A stretch of 64,000 bases of DNA. Source: an uncultured bacterium. Its GTDB lineage: Bacteria > UBP4 > UBA4092. A model generated the notes under the pieces. The model ran no database searches. It had not been told where the DNA came from and was given only the letters and a program-made list of their open reading frames with translations. How positions within the stretch are numbered: position 1 is the first letter of the stretch; every line of letters begins with the position of its first letter. A program made the position numbers and the translations under genes. Shown here piece by piece: positions 20,427-30,140 of the stretch. Location: NCBI GenBank assembly GCA_963768165.1, contig CAVYHJ010000002.1, positions 195,283-259,282 on the forward strand, written 5' to 3'.

Positions 20427-20906
20427 TCAGGATTTCTTGATTAATTTGAAATCCAGTACAGAAAGGAAATAGATGAATGAAGCATAGACTAGAATTACAA
20501 CACACGTCAAAATATATTCCCTTTGCTCCGGTAAATTTTTTATCACTCGCACATCTTTATTCGCCGAAATCAGACTGAATAATTTCGCTATTTGCAAAAA
20601 TAATAATACCGATAGCATAGAAAGCGTCAGAGTTTTAGCCCCAGGTCTTTTGCGTAAGATTCCAATACAACCAATAATTAAACACAGGGTTAAACCAAAT
20701 TCTAGAACGACTCCAATAATTGTTACTCGCAAAAACTGCGCATTACTTACGCCCGCAAACCCAAAAATTAAATAGACCAACGCAAAGCCCATTATTAACA
20801 GAAAACATACTCCCAAAGTGAGTAGAAGTATAACCCAAGGACGATAATGCTTGTTAACAAAAGATTTCATCTTTTTCTTCCCACGACGTAATCTTATATC
20901 TAACAA
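20427..20906 (-). CDS. Hypothetical polytopic membrane protein
   Basis: 159 aa with four hydrophobic segments. Confidence 0.4.
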   Translation of the reverse strand: MLDIRLRRGKKKMKSFVNKHYRPWVILLLTLGVCFLLIMGFALVYLIFGFAGVSNAQFLRVTIIGVVLEFGLTLCLIIGCIGILRKRPGAKTLTLSMLSVLLFLQIAKLFSLISANKDVRVIKNLPEQREYILTCVVILVYASFIYFLSVLDFKLIKKS

Positions 20907-21039
20907 GTTTCGTTGTCAATCACCTCCAAATTATAGAGGCGAAGTTTACCCTGCGCCTACGGTTTAGTTGAGAAAAAACGCGAGAAGGCGTCGGGAAAGG
21001 CTTGAAAAGTGAGACGTTCCCGACTCAGGAGAAATACGT

Positions 21040-21261
21040 TTACAGAAGTTTAAGGAATTCTTCCACGGTTAAACCGGAATTGCGGATGAGCGCTCGCAGA
21101 GTCCCTACTGAAAGTTCCTTGTGCTGGGGAATCGAGAGATTGACCCGGATTCCGGGTTTGACGAGAACCAGATGACTACCGACCTGACCCATGACCTGCC
21201 ACCCGGCTTTTTGAAAAGCCTTGGCGGCTTCCCTCCCAGAAATATTGGCCAGTCTCCCCAT
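21040..21261 (-). CDS. hicA: Type II toxin-antitoxin system HicA-family toxin
   Basis: 73 aa; SGREAAKAFQKAGWQ...GSH...GTLRALIRNSGL matches the HicA pattern. Confidence 0.7.
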   Translation of the reverse strand: MGRLANISGREAAKAFQKAGWQVMGQVGSHLVLVKPGIRVNLSIPQHKELSVGTLRALIRNSGLTVEEFLKLL

Positions 21262-21265
21262 TGGA

Positions 21266-21481
21266 TCAAACAGCGACTACAACCGGAGAGTGACCTTTGG
21301 CGGGTTTGCGTTTTCGCAGGGCTTTTTGGTCTTCCGCCCATAGCCAAGCGGTGATGGCTTCTTTTACATTTTCCAAGGCTTCTTTTTCGTCTTTACCTTG
21401 GGAAACGCAACCGGGGAGTGCGGGAACCTCCGCGACAATCCACCCGTCTTCCGCTTTCTCTAATAAAACGTGAAACATCAT
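21266..21481 (-). CDS. hicB: Type II toxin-antitoxin system HicB-family antitoxin (UPF0150-like)
   Basis: 71 aa; MMFHVLLEKAEDGWIVAEVPALPGCVSQGKDEKEALENVKEAI matches the small HicB pattern; 4-nt gap to hicA. Confidence 0.7.
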   Translation of the reverse strand: MMFHVLLEKAEDGWIVAEVPALPGCVSQGKDEKEALENVKEAITAWLWAEDQKALRKRKPAKGHSPVVVAV

Positions 21482-21585
21482 AATCGTTTGTCCTTTATTT
21501 TTTCCTCAATGACTCTAATATACCATAGAAATAGTTTCAAAGGCAGTCGAGTCGGGAGACTCGATCTAAAAAAGATTTACTTCAG

Positions 21586-21695
21586 GTAGAACACAGGGAT
21601 TCTTCGCTCCGTAAAAAGCACTACGCTCAGAATGACAAATTTGGAGGCGGTGGGGATTGAGTCGGGGAAGAGATAAGAAACGGGTTGTTGCTGAT
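21586..21695. repeat. Composite repeat (R3+R4), copy 2
   Basis: GGTAGAACACAGGGATTCTTCGCTCCGTAAAAAGCACTACGCTCAGAATGACA...GTCGGGGAAGAGATAAGAAACGGGTTGTTG. Confidence 0.55.
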
Positions 21696-21702
21696 TAGGA
21701 TT

Positions 21703-22083
21703 TTATTCTTTTGGGTTATCCTTGAACAGGTTATATAACAAGGGGTAAGCTGGTTTCCATTTTGTTTCTATTAATGTAACGTTGTCAAAGATGAATAAAG
21801 TTAAGATGAATCTGTAAACTATCTCAAAAACAAGTATAATTGGAATTAATAAAATAATGACCTCAAGCGGGTTTAGAATATTCACAAATTGCAATGTAAA
21901 TAAAACAATTAATATAATGACTAGACTTATTGCTTCTACTATTATAATCCCTTTACGCCAAGCTTGCGCCCAGTAGACTTTATGACATTTTGGGCATTGC
22001 AAATGATATCTATATAGTGTGGGAAGCATTTCCCAATTAGAAACACTATGTCCACATGCCGGACAGGGTCTGGAAAATTTCAT
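21703..22083 (-). CDS. Zinc-ribbon membrane protein (paralog of 17701..18039)
   Basis: MKFSRPCPACGH...CPKCHK followed by two TM segments. Confidence 0.45.
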   Translation of the reverse strand: MKFSRPCPACGHSVSNWEMLPTLYRYHLQCPKCHKVYWAQAWRKGIIIVEAISLVIILIVLFTLQFVNILNPLEVIILLIPIILVFEIVYRFILTLFIFDNVTLIETKWKPAYPLLYNLFKDNPKE

Positions 22084-22326
22084 ATCAAATTCCTTTTCAT
22101 TTCCAAACGCAGATTATAGCATTAGTGGAGGGCGGCGGGAATAGTAAAGTGTCGAGTCGGGAGACTCGACCTATCGGATAGAGGAATGGTCAAAACCAAT
22201 TTCTTACGAATATCATAAGTCGTATTGATTTAAACAAAAAGTAAGCGTAATATAATGGGGTTCAGACCATGGAAATTATCATTCACCCACGATATGATAC
22301 CGGGGATTTATTCAGGAGGGCAGGTC

Positions 22327-22956
22327 ATGAAACGCTTGATTTGTTTGTTAACAATCACTCTTAGTATAGGTTTTGTAACGCAATTATGTTGGGGTTACTC
22401 CTCATCGGAATTGATAATTCCGCCATCCGCCAGAGTACCCGGGTCTGTATCCAGCCAAGATACTTCCGCAAATACGCCCCCAATACGAAACTATGTTAGC
22501 GAACTTCCATCTTCTTTTAAAAAGGATGCCAATGAAATTTATAATTTTTCCGTTAAAAGTCTGGAAGGTAAATATACCCACATGGGGGACTATAAAGGGA
22601 AAGTCATCGTGGTCAATTTCTGGGAATCCACCTGTTATCCAAGTTATCTGGAATTGTTCAAAATCGAAAGCTTGGCTAATTTTGACAAGAGAAAAGAAGT
22701 GGTCATTATATGTGTCGCCGAGGATGACGAGAAACTCCTACTTCATTATAAGGACAAAATCCCCCAGCTTTCATTCCCCATCTTTACTTATAACCAGTTT
22801 GATATACCGGATGCGCTGGAACATGAATATGTCCCCACCACGTTTATCATCAACCAGAACGGTAAAATTATACTGGCAGAATCCGGTATCATTGAAGGTT
22901 TCCAACTATGGGAAGAAATCCAAAAACTCCTTCCCCACAAACCAAACACCAAGTAA
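22327..22956 (+). CDS. Thioredoxin-fold (TlpA/redoxin-like) protein with single-Cys site
   Basis: Start set at MKRLICLL (AGGAGGG RBS); VVNFWESTCYPS aligns with the WxxWCxxC redoxin site but the second Cys is Ser. Confidence 0.5.
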   Translation: MKRLICLLTITLSIGFVTQLCWGYSSSELIIPPSARVPGSVSSQDTSANTPPIRNYVSELPSSFKKDANEIYNFSVKSLEGKYTHMGDYKGKVIVVNFWESTCYPSYLELFKIESLANFDKRKEVVIICVAEDDEKLLLHYKDKIPQLSFPIFTYNQFDIPDALEHEYVPTTFIINQNGKIILAESGIIEGFQLWEEIQKLLPHKPNTK

Positions 22957-23022
22957 CGAGAGATTCTTCGCTCCGTAAAGAGCACTACGCTCAGAATGAC
23001 AATTTTGGGGGTGGTGGGGATG

Positions 23023-25002
23023 CTATTTGGTTTTGGCGGAGTAGTTGTAGATAGCCAGCGAGATGACGCTGAGGAAGGATTCGAGGAGATAGTCCTGTTC
23101 TTGCGAGAGGAACTGAGAATCCTGCGGACGACCGATAGCGAGGACGCCGACAATATCGTTTTTGACGTTCAAGGGGATAAAGCGCCACGCGGAAGAGGAG
23201 AGAGTCTGGGTCTCCCGACCGGCAAGTTCCTTGTGCTCAAATACCCATAAAGCGATAGTCATTTCGTGACTATTAAATTTCACAGAGTCACCGGTTTGGG
23301 AGCGGATAGTGAGTTTACCGGTTTTGTCGGGAAGCAGGAGCGCCGAGTCACAGGCGAACATTTCGGAAATGTCCGAACTGATTCTATCGAGCAAATCAAT
23401 AAACCCGATAGCGTGATACAAATCCTGGCTGAATTCATTGAGCAACGAAATGTACCGCACCTGGGTGCGGGAAGATTCCGATTGCCGTTTGAGACGGTCG
23501 GCAAGGAGACTTGTCACAATGCCGACTAAAAACATGACAAAGAACGTGGGCAGATAACTCATATCGCTGACTGTAAAAGTGAAAATCGGCGGAACAAAAA
23601 AGAAATCGAAACAAAGCACGCTCAACAGGGATGCGACCAGACCGCCGATGAGTCCGCGATAAATCCCTGACAGAATCACGGGAATGATGAATAAAAGGGC
23701 AACATTCGTGAGACCGATGTAAGAATGAAGAGGAAAGCAAATGAGAGTGGTTGCGCCCACGATGGCAAGGCTCATAAGATAGGAACGCCAATCAAGAACG
23801 AGATTGCTTCGTCGCTGCGCTCCTCGCAATGACAAAGGTTGTGGTGACGATTCGCCACCGACTACCAAGACTTGAATAGGATTGCTTTTATCAATAATCT
23901 GGTTCAAGAGTGACCCGCGTATCATTCTACGAAACCGGGATTGGCCGGAGAAACCAACAATAATCAACGAGGCATTTTTTGAACGGGCAAACCGCACGAC
24001 TTCATCGGCAGGCTGGTTGCTGGAAAGACGGACAATTTTCCCGCCCAATTCTTTGGCGAGATTAAAATTCTTCTCCAACTGTTTAGCCCTTTGCGGGTCG
24101 AGCGTAGTTTGCACCTGTGGTTCGACATAGACCGCAAACCAATCGGCTTTTAAATCTTCCGCCAACCGATGTGCCACGCGGACGGGTTGTTCGGACAAGG
24201 GACTCGGACTGATACATACCATAATCCGGGTGCCGACGGGCCAGGGACCTTTAATGCCCTGCAATTGCATGTAAGAGAGCATGGCATCGTCCACGTGCTT
24301 GGCGGTATAGCGCAGGGCTAATTCGCGGAGCGCGAGCAAAGTGCCTTCTTTAAAATAATTCTGGGAGGCGAGTTTCGCCATATTGGCCATGTAGACTTTA
24401 CCTTCGGTTAAGCGCTGGAGAAGTTCTTCCACGGGAAGGTCTACGAGAGCAATTTTATCCGCCAGTTCCAGAATGCGGTCGGGGACGGTTTCCTTCACTT
24501 CAATTTTGGTAATTTGATAAATAATGTCATTGACACTTTCAATATGCTGGATGTTCAAGGTGGTGTAGACACTGATACCGTTATTGAGGAGTTCTTCAAT
24601 ATCTTGAAACCGTTTTACATGGCGTGACCCGGGGACATTGGTATGCGCCAATTCATCCACCAGAACATATTTGGGTTTGCGCTTAAGAATATAGTCCAGG
24701 TTAAACTCATCCAAGACCATACCCTGATATTCTATTTTCAGGAGGGGAGAACGTTCCAATCCAAAAATCAACTGTTCGGTTTCGGCACGACCATGGGTTT
24801 CGACAATGCCGATAATGATATCTTCGCCCTTTTGTTTGATCGCCTGGGCTTCCTGCAACATGCGGTAGGTCTTGCCGACACCGGCCACGTACCCTAAGAA
24901 TATTTTAAGAAATCCCCGGGTGCGATGCTGCTGTTCCTGTTCTTTATTAAACAGGTTCAGCAGTTGATCCGGATCGGGGCGATTTTGATTCTGTTCAACC
25001 AT
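23023..25002 (-). CDS. kdpD: KdpD sensor protein lacking histidine-kinase domains
   Basis: N-terminal P-loop GVGKTY, USP-like region, 4-TM block and GAF-like C-terminus; ends at 659 aa with no H-box or HATPase motifs; directly downstream of kdpC. Confidence 0.75.
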   Translation of the reverse strand: MVEQNQNRPDPDQLLNLFNKEQEQQHRTRGFLKIFLGYVAGVGKTYRMLQEAQAIKQKGEDIIIGIVETHGRAETEQLIFGLERSPLLKIEYQGMVLDEFNLDYILKRKPKYVLVDELAHTNVPGSRHVKRFQDIEELLNNGISVYTTLNIQHIESVNDIIYQITKIEVKETVPDRILELADKIALVDLPVEELLQRLTEGKVYMANMAKLASQNYFKEGTLLALRELALRYTAKHVDDAMLSYMQLQGIKGPWPVGTRIMVCISPSPLSEQPVRVAHRLAEDLKADWFAVYVEPQVQTTLDPQRAKQLEKNFNLAKELGGKIVRLSSNQPADEVVRFARSKNASLIIVGFSGQSRFRRMIRGSLLNQIIDKSNPIQVLVVGGESSPQPLSLRGAQRRSNLVLDWRSYLMSLAIVGATTLICFPLHSYIGLTNVALLFIIPVILSGIYRGLIGGLVASLLSVLCFDFFFVPPIFTFTVSDMSYLPTFFVMFLVGIVTSLLADRLKRQSESSRTQVRYISLLNEFSQDLYHAIGFIDLLDRISSDISEMFACDSALLLPDKTGKLTIRSQTGDSVKFNSHEMTIALWVFEHKELAGRETQTLSSSAWRFIPLNVKNDIVGVLAIGRPQDSQFLSQEQDYLLESFLSVISLAIYNYSAKTK

Positions 25003-25012
25003 TGATTTTCAC

Positions 25013-25579
25013 TTATTTTTTAAGGACATCCAGTGCCATATTCAATTTTAATACATTGACAACCGGATCGCCGAACAACCCCAAGAGAGGTTTTTCGGTA
25101 TATTTTTGAACCAAATCAGTTACGACATCATCCTGCAAACTGCGAGATTTTGCAACTCTTGGCACTTGAAGCAAGGCGGCATCCAGACTTATATGGGGAT
25201 CGAGACCGCTGGCCGAGGATGTGACCAAGTCCACGGGAACAGGCGCATCGGGTGGCAAATTATTTTCCGCACGAACCGCGCGTGCCGTGGAATCAATCTG
25301 GCTAATCAATTTCTGGTTGGTGGGACCGAAATTGGTCGCATTGGAATTGGTGGCATCGAAATTAGCCGCCGAGGGACGCCCGTGGAAATATTCGGGTTTG
25401 GTGAAGGATTGTTCTATTAATTCGGAACCAACAACCTTGTTGTTCACTGTCGCCAGACTGCCATTGGCCTTGTGTGGGAAAAGTATCTGTGCGATTCCGG
25501 TCATTGCCAACGGGTATATCAACCCGGTGAGAATGGTGAATACGATTAAACTCAAGATGGAAATTTTTAACTGTTTCAT
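25013..25579 (-). CDS. kdpC: K+-transporting ATPase subunit KdpC (operon 1)
   Basis: 188 aa, N-terminal TM, conserved GRPSAANFD and SGLDPHIS segments. Confidence 0.85.
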   Translation of the reverse strand: MKQLKISILSLIVFTILTGLIYPLAMTGIAQILFPHKANGSLATVNNKVVGSELIEQSFTKPEYFHGRPSAANFDATNSNATNFGPTNQKLISQIDSTARAVRAENNLPPDAPVPVDLVTSSASGLDPHISLDAALLQVPRVAKSRSLQDDVVTDLVQKYTEKPLLGLFGDPVVNVLKLNMALDVLKK

Positions 25580-25596
25580 TTGTATAATCTCCTTTT

Positions 25597-25686
25597 TTAA
25601 TAACTTCTACCCGACTTTAGTCGAGGGTTCGGGGACTTCAGTCCCAATTTAAGGGCTAAAGCCCTAAGAACCGTGGACTAAAGTCC
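25597..25686. repeat. Interspersed double-hairpin palindromic repeat (family R1), copy 3
   Basis: CTTCTACCCGACTTTAGTCGAGGG..GGACTTCAGTCC..GGGCTAAAGCCC..GGACTAAAGTCCCGTAGAAGAA between kdpC and kdpB. Confidence 0.6.
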
Positions 25687-25702
25687 CGTAGAAGAAAATA
25701 TG

Positions 25703-27739
25703 TTATGCCCAACCTAATACAACGATGAGCATGTCAATTAGTTTGATACCGATGAAGGGAAGAAGCACTCCGCCCAACCCATATACCAGTAAATTCATTT
25801 TCAAGAACGAGGAAACGGAAACGGCACGTAATTTGACGCCCCTCAATGCCAACGGGATTAAGAACAAAATAATAATCGCGTTGAAAATGACGGCGGACAA
25901 AATCGCACTCCCAGGATTATTTAACCTCATCACATTCAGAATATTCAACTGCGGATAAGCGACCGCAAACATTGCCGGAACGATGGCGAAATATTTCGAG
26001 ACATCGTTGGCAATACTAAAAGTAGTAAGCGCGCCACGCGTGATAAGGATTTGTTTTCCGACTTCCACAATATCGAGAAGTTTCGTGGGATTGGAATCCA
26101 AATCAATCATATTGGATGCTTCCCGCGCCACCTGCGTGCCTGCATTCATAGCGACCGCGACATCGGCTTGCGCGAGAGCGGGTGCGTCATTAGTCCCGTC
26201 TCCAATCATCGCGACAAGGTTACCGTCCTCTTGTGCCTTGCGAATTAATGCCAATTTGGTTTCGGGTTTGGCCTGAGCAACGAAATCATCCAGCCCGGCT
26301 TCCGCGGCAATCGAAGCAGCGGTGAGCGGGTTATCGCCGGTAATCATGGTGGATTTGATACCCATTTCACGGAGTTGCGCGAGACGAGCTTTAATGCCTT
26401 GTTTCAGAACGTCTTTGAGACGAATCACGCCAAGAACTCTTTTCCCGTCAGAAACGACCAAAGGCGTATTACCTTGTTTGGCGAACCCTTCCACGATGTC
26501 CTTGACTCCGGCAGGGATTGTGGCATTGGACTGTTTCAGAAATTCTTCAATCGCGTCCAAGGAACCCTTGCGGATTTTTTTGCCATCAATATCAATCCCG
26601 CTCATGCGTGTTTCGGGAGTGAAAGGTACGAACACGGCACCTTCGGGAGCACGGATATCGCTTCCCTTGATACCTTTTTCGGTTTTACAGAGGGTTACAA
26701 TACTTCTGCCTTCGGGAGTTTCATCGGATAGTGAGGATAACAAGGCACAGTCCACCAATTCTGCTTTTTCAACTCCAGCAGAAGGAACCAAATCGGTTGC
26801 CATACGATTGCCGAGAGTGATGGTACCCGTCTTATCGAGCAAGACGATATTGACATCGCCTGCCGCTTCTACCGCACGACCGCTCAGAGCGATGACGTTG
26901 TGTTGTAATAGTCTATCCATCCCTGCGATACCGATAGCGGGAAGTAAACCGCCAATGGTGGTCGGCATGAGGCATACCAAGAGAGAAATCAATATCGGGA
27001 CGGTGGTCGCGATACCCAAATAATTGGCATAGGTGGGCAGGACGATAACGACGATTAGGAACAACACTGTGATGCCGACAAGGAGAATTTCTAAAGCGAT
27101 TTCATTGGGTGTCTTTTGACGTTTCGCGCCTTCGACCATAGAAATCATGCTATCGAGGAATGTCTCACCGGCATTCGCCGTGATACGGATTTTGATATGT
27201 CCCGATAATAGTTTGGTTCCACCAGTCACGCCACTGCGGTCACCACCGGATTCCCGAATCACGGGAGCGGATTCACCAGTGATGGCAGATTCGTCCACAA
27301 GAGCGACGCCTTCGATAATTTCTCCATCACCGGGAATGACTTCCCCTTCAATAACCAGAATCAAATCGCCTTTGCGAAGATCCAAGGCGGATACTTTTTC
27401 TTTCGCTCCACTTTCCAATATTTTAAGAGCAAAGAGTTCGCTGCGTGCTTTCCGCAAAGATTCCGCACGTGCTTTCCCTTGAATTTCCGCCAAGGCTTCC
27501 GAGAAGGTGGCGAAAAGAACGGTCACCCAGAGCCAAAGGGTAATTTGCAAATTAAACCCGAAACTGGCATGATGGGTGATATTGATTACCGTGATGATAG
27601 TGGTAATCACAGCGCCGATTTCAACGACCAACATTACGAGATTGCGCCATAATAAAAAGGGATTTAATTTTTTAATAGCTTCCTGCAATCCCTTGAACAG
27701 AAAGTCCGCTTGAAATATACTTCGTTTCGTTTGTGCCAT
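25703..27739 (-). CDS. kdpB: K+-transporting P-type ATPase subunit KdpB (operon 1)
   Basis: P-type motifs [21 protein letters not shown]; 678 aa. Confidence 0.95.
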   Translation of the reverse strand: MAQTKRSIFQADFLFKGLQEAIKKLNPFLLWRNLVMLVVEIGAVITTIITVINITHHASFGFNLQITLWLWVTVLFATFSEALAEIQGKARAESLRKARSELFALKILESGAKEKVSALDLRKGDLILVIEGEVIPGDGEIIEGVALVDESAITGESAPVIRESGGDRSGVTGGTKLLSGHIKIRITANAGETFLDSMISMVEGAKRQKTPNEIALEILLVGITVLFLIVVIVLPTYANYLGIATTVPILISLLVCLMPTTIGGLLPAIGIAGMDRLLQHNVIALSGRAVEAAGDVNIVLLDKTGTITLGNRMATDLVPSAGVEKAELVDCALLSSLSDETPEGRSIVTLCKTEKGIKGSDIRAPEGAVFVPFTPETRMSGIDIDGKKIRKGSLDAIEEFLKQSNATIPAGVKDIVEGFAKQGNTPLVVSDGKRVLGVIRLKDVLKQGIKARLAQLREMGIKSTMITGDNPLTAASIAAEAGLDDFVAQAKPETKLALIRKAQEDGNLVAMIGDGTNDAPALAQADVAVAMNAGTQVAREASNMIDLDSNPTKLLDIVEVGKQILITRGALTTFSIANDVSKYFAIVPAMFAVAYPQLNILNVMRLNNPGSAILSAVIFNAIIILFLIPLALRGVKLRAVSVSSFLKMNLLVYGLGGVLLPFIGIKLIDMLIVVLGWA

Positions 27740-27806
27740 ATATTATCTCCTTAGAACCACCACCCCCTTCCCCCTCCTTAATTAAGGAGGGGGACTGAGG
27801 GAGTGA

Positions 27807-29507
27807 TTAAAATGTTTTTCCTTGCAACATGAATAAATGTTCCAACACGGGACCGAGGGTGAATGCCGGGAAATAGGTCAATGCGCCGACAATAAAGACT
27901 ACGCAAACCAGCATAGCGACAAATAACCAGCCGGTGGTTGGAAATGTAGCCAAACTGGTAGGAACAATCTTTTTCCTGACCAGTGCTCCGGCAATAGCCA
28001 GTCCTGGAATGAGGGTGGAAAATCGTCCAACCAACATGGTGGCGCCACCGGTTAAATTATAAAACACGGTATTGGCGTTAAGTCCGGCAAACGCGGAACC
28101 GTTATTCCCACCATAGGATAAAAAGGCATATAACACTTCCGACCAACCGTGGGCGGAGGGATTATTCATGCTGGACAATCCGGTGGCGGTAATCATAGCG
28201 AATGCCGCAAAGATTTTAAGAACAATGGGCGCTGCCAAAATTGCAATCACCGTCCAAATCATTTCATAAGGACCAAGTTTCTTGCCAAGATATTCAGGGG
28301 TACGTCCGATCATCAATCCAGCAATAAACATAGTGGCGAAGACATAGAAAAACATTCCGATGAGTCCGACACCCAATCCGCCGAAGATGACTTCCCCAGT
28401 GCATAAGTTAAACATATAGACTAGACCCGTGAGGGGGAGCATACTGTCGTGCATAGAGTTCACGGAGCCGTTGGAAGTGACGGTGGTCATGTGTCCCCAT
28501 GCAGCAGAATTGATAATCCCAAAACGGGCTTCTTTGCCTTCCATATTCCCCCCAACCAGATGCAACTTATCGAAAAAGGGGTTACCCTGGGTTTCGCTAT
28601 AGAATACTACGGCCAAACCTATAATAAATAGGGTTAACATGGAATAAAAGATGGCTTTGCCTTGACGGCTATCGCGTACCATAAAACCAAACATGAACAC
28701 TTGCGCGGTGGAAATGAAGAGAATTGCCATCATTTCAAAAATATTAGACAAGCCAGTGGCATTCTCAAAGGGATGCGCGGAGTTGACGTTGAAGAAACCG
28801 CCGCCATTAGTTCCCAACTGTTTAATGGCAATCTGTGAAGCTGCAGGACCAACGGCAATGGTTTGCGCACCGCCTTCCAATGTCTTTACTACCTCATACG
28901 GATGTAAGGTTTGAACGACACCTTGAGACACCAAAATGAGGGTAAGGATAATGCTCAATGGCAATAATATATATATTACAGAACGGGTCATATCCACCCA
29001 GTAATTGCCTATCTTGTCGGTATCTTTGCGAATAAATCCGCGAATCATGGCGACCATGACTGCCATCCCCATCGCGGGGGTAACGAAATTATGTACCGTG
29101 AGTCCCAGCATTTGGGTGAGATAACTCAGGGTACTTTCCCCGCCATACGCCTGCCAGTTGGTATTGGTGACAAAAGAGATGGCGGTATTTAATGCCAAAT
29201 CCCAACGGACGGCAGCGAATTTTTGCGGATTCAAAGGCAGATGCCCTTGAAGAAGCTGCAATAAAAATAAAGCGGCGAGAAATATTACATTGAACCAGAA
29301 TACCGCCCAGGCATAAGTTTTCCAGTTCATTTCTTCGGATTCATTGACGCCGCAGAGACGGTATATTCCACGCTCAAGAGGTTTTAAGAACCCGCTGAGA
29401 AATGTCCATTCTCCGTTATACACCCGGAACATATATTTCCCTGTCGGGATGGACAGGAAAAACATGATTGCCAAGGCAACAACAACTACAATCATATCTA
29501 TTAACAT
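27807..29507 (-). CDS. kdpA: K+-transporting ATPase subunit KdpA (operon 1)
   Basis: 566-aa polytopic protein with KdpA-typical GTNGGGFF selectivity-filter-like motifs. Confidence 0.9.
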   Translation of the reverse strand: MLIDMIVVVVALAIMFFLSIPTGKYMFRVYNGEWTFLSGFLKPLERGIYRLCGVNESEEMNWKTYAWAVFWFNVIFLAALFLLQLLQGHLPLNPQKFAAVRWDLALNTAISFVTNTNWQAYGGESTLSYLTQMLGLTVHNFVTPAMGMAVMVAMIRGFIRKDTDKIGNYWVDMTRSVIYILLPLSIILTLILVSQGVVQTLHPYEVVKTLEGGAQTIAVGPAASQIAIKQLGTNGGGFFNVNSAHPFENATGLSNIFEMMAILFISTAQVFMFGFMVRDSRQGKAIFYSMLTLFIIGLAVVFYSETQGNPFFDKLHLVGGNMEGKEARFGIINSAAWGHMTTVTSNGSVNSMHDSMLPLTGLVYMFNLCTGEVIFGGLGVGLIGMFFYVFATMFIAGLMIGRTPEYLGKKLGPYEMIWTVIAILAAPIVLKIFAAFAMITATGLSSMNNPSAHGWSEVLYAFLSYGGNNGSAFAGLNANTVFYNLTGGATMLVGRFSTLIPGLAIAGALVRKKIVPTSLATFPTTGWLFVAMLVCVVFIVGALTYFPAFTLGPVLEHLFMLQGKTF

Positions 29508-29737
29508 AAATTTCCTTTCTTTTGTAATTTAGGCTTTTACTTTATACAACAGCCTGAATTTTACTACTATTCAAAAATCAATTCAACTGTTTTCCTTTTA
29601 CATGGTACCCTCCATTAAAAAATTGGCTTTTGAAAATATTAGATTACACTTTTGCTCAATTTAAACAATCTTAAAATTGCAAAGAATTGTGTTACTACAA
29701 CTGATAAATAATAAAAAGAAGTTAGGTGGAGGGTTCA

Positions 29738-29896
29738 TAAATAAAAAACCCACTCACTCTTCCACGCCTACGAGGTTAGCTGACGGGCTCGGGTTGAAAA
29801 GTAACCCTACGCTTTCGCGATTAGCCCCAACTTCCGGTTCCCCCGTATCTTTCGAATTCGGCGAACTTAAGTGGTAATACTGCTATATTTTTCTAC
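29738..29896 (-). promoter_or_regulatory. Candidate c-di-AMP (ydaO/kimA-type) riboswitch leader, copy B
   Basis: Same conserved core as copies A, C, D; internal GNRA-capped hairpin CGC-GAAA-GCG; 3' tail GAGUGAGUGGGUUUUUUAU. Confidence 0.6.
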
Positions 29897-29903
29897 TAGT
29901 ATT

Positions 29904-29932
29904 ATTATCGGATATTTTCAAGAAAATGTCAA
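29904..29932 (-). promoter_or_regulatory. Sigma70-type promoter candidate for leader B
   Basis: Minus-strand TTGACA (29927-29932), 17-nt spacer, GATAAT (29904-29909). Confidence 0.4.
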
Positions 29933-30074
29933 ATTGGAAGGTAAATAACAAGAGGATAACTATCTCATTTGTAATGGAAGTATTTTACTATGGATTATTG
30001 ATATTATTTAACATGTACAATTATTAGAGAGAGTAATTCCTAACTCATTACAATGGGAATATAGCAATTAATTA

Positions 30075-30114
30075 AAAAACAATAGGAATCCTACCTTTTC
30101 AAGGCAGGATTCCT
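30075..30114 (-). terminator. Intrinsic terminator downstream of kdpC (operon 2)
   Basis: Hairpin GGAATCCTGCC/GGTAGGATTCC followed by U-run on the minus-strand transcript. Confidence 0.55.
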
Positions 30115-30140
30115 ACAAAAGCAACCACTTTAGGAATATA

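Noticed and set aside
20985-21025. Intrinsic terminator downstream of hicA
   Set aside because: Hairpin GTCGGGAA/TTCCCGAC has a 19-nt loop and the U-run lies about 10 nt away; too weak to call.
23023-25002. Annotating the KdpD homolog as a complete sensor histidine kinase
   Set aside because: The protein ends at 659 aa and no H-box, N, G1 or G2 kinase motifs are visible, so only the sensor portion is called.
11987-25686. R1/R2 repeats as a CRISPR array
   Set aside because: Copies are kilobases apart, not regularly spaced direct repeats with unique spacers, and no cas genes are present.
26322-27023. 233-aa plus-strand ORF and several other 60-160-aa ORFs inside kdpB, kdpA and the GH44 genes
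   Set aside because: Antisense to well-supported long genes with clear family motifs; no RBS; spurious open frames.
29677-29877. 66-aa plus-strand ORF, and similar 35391..35630
   Set aside because: Both overlap riboswitch-like leaders B and C on the opposite strand; artefacts of the conserved RNA sequence.
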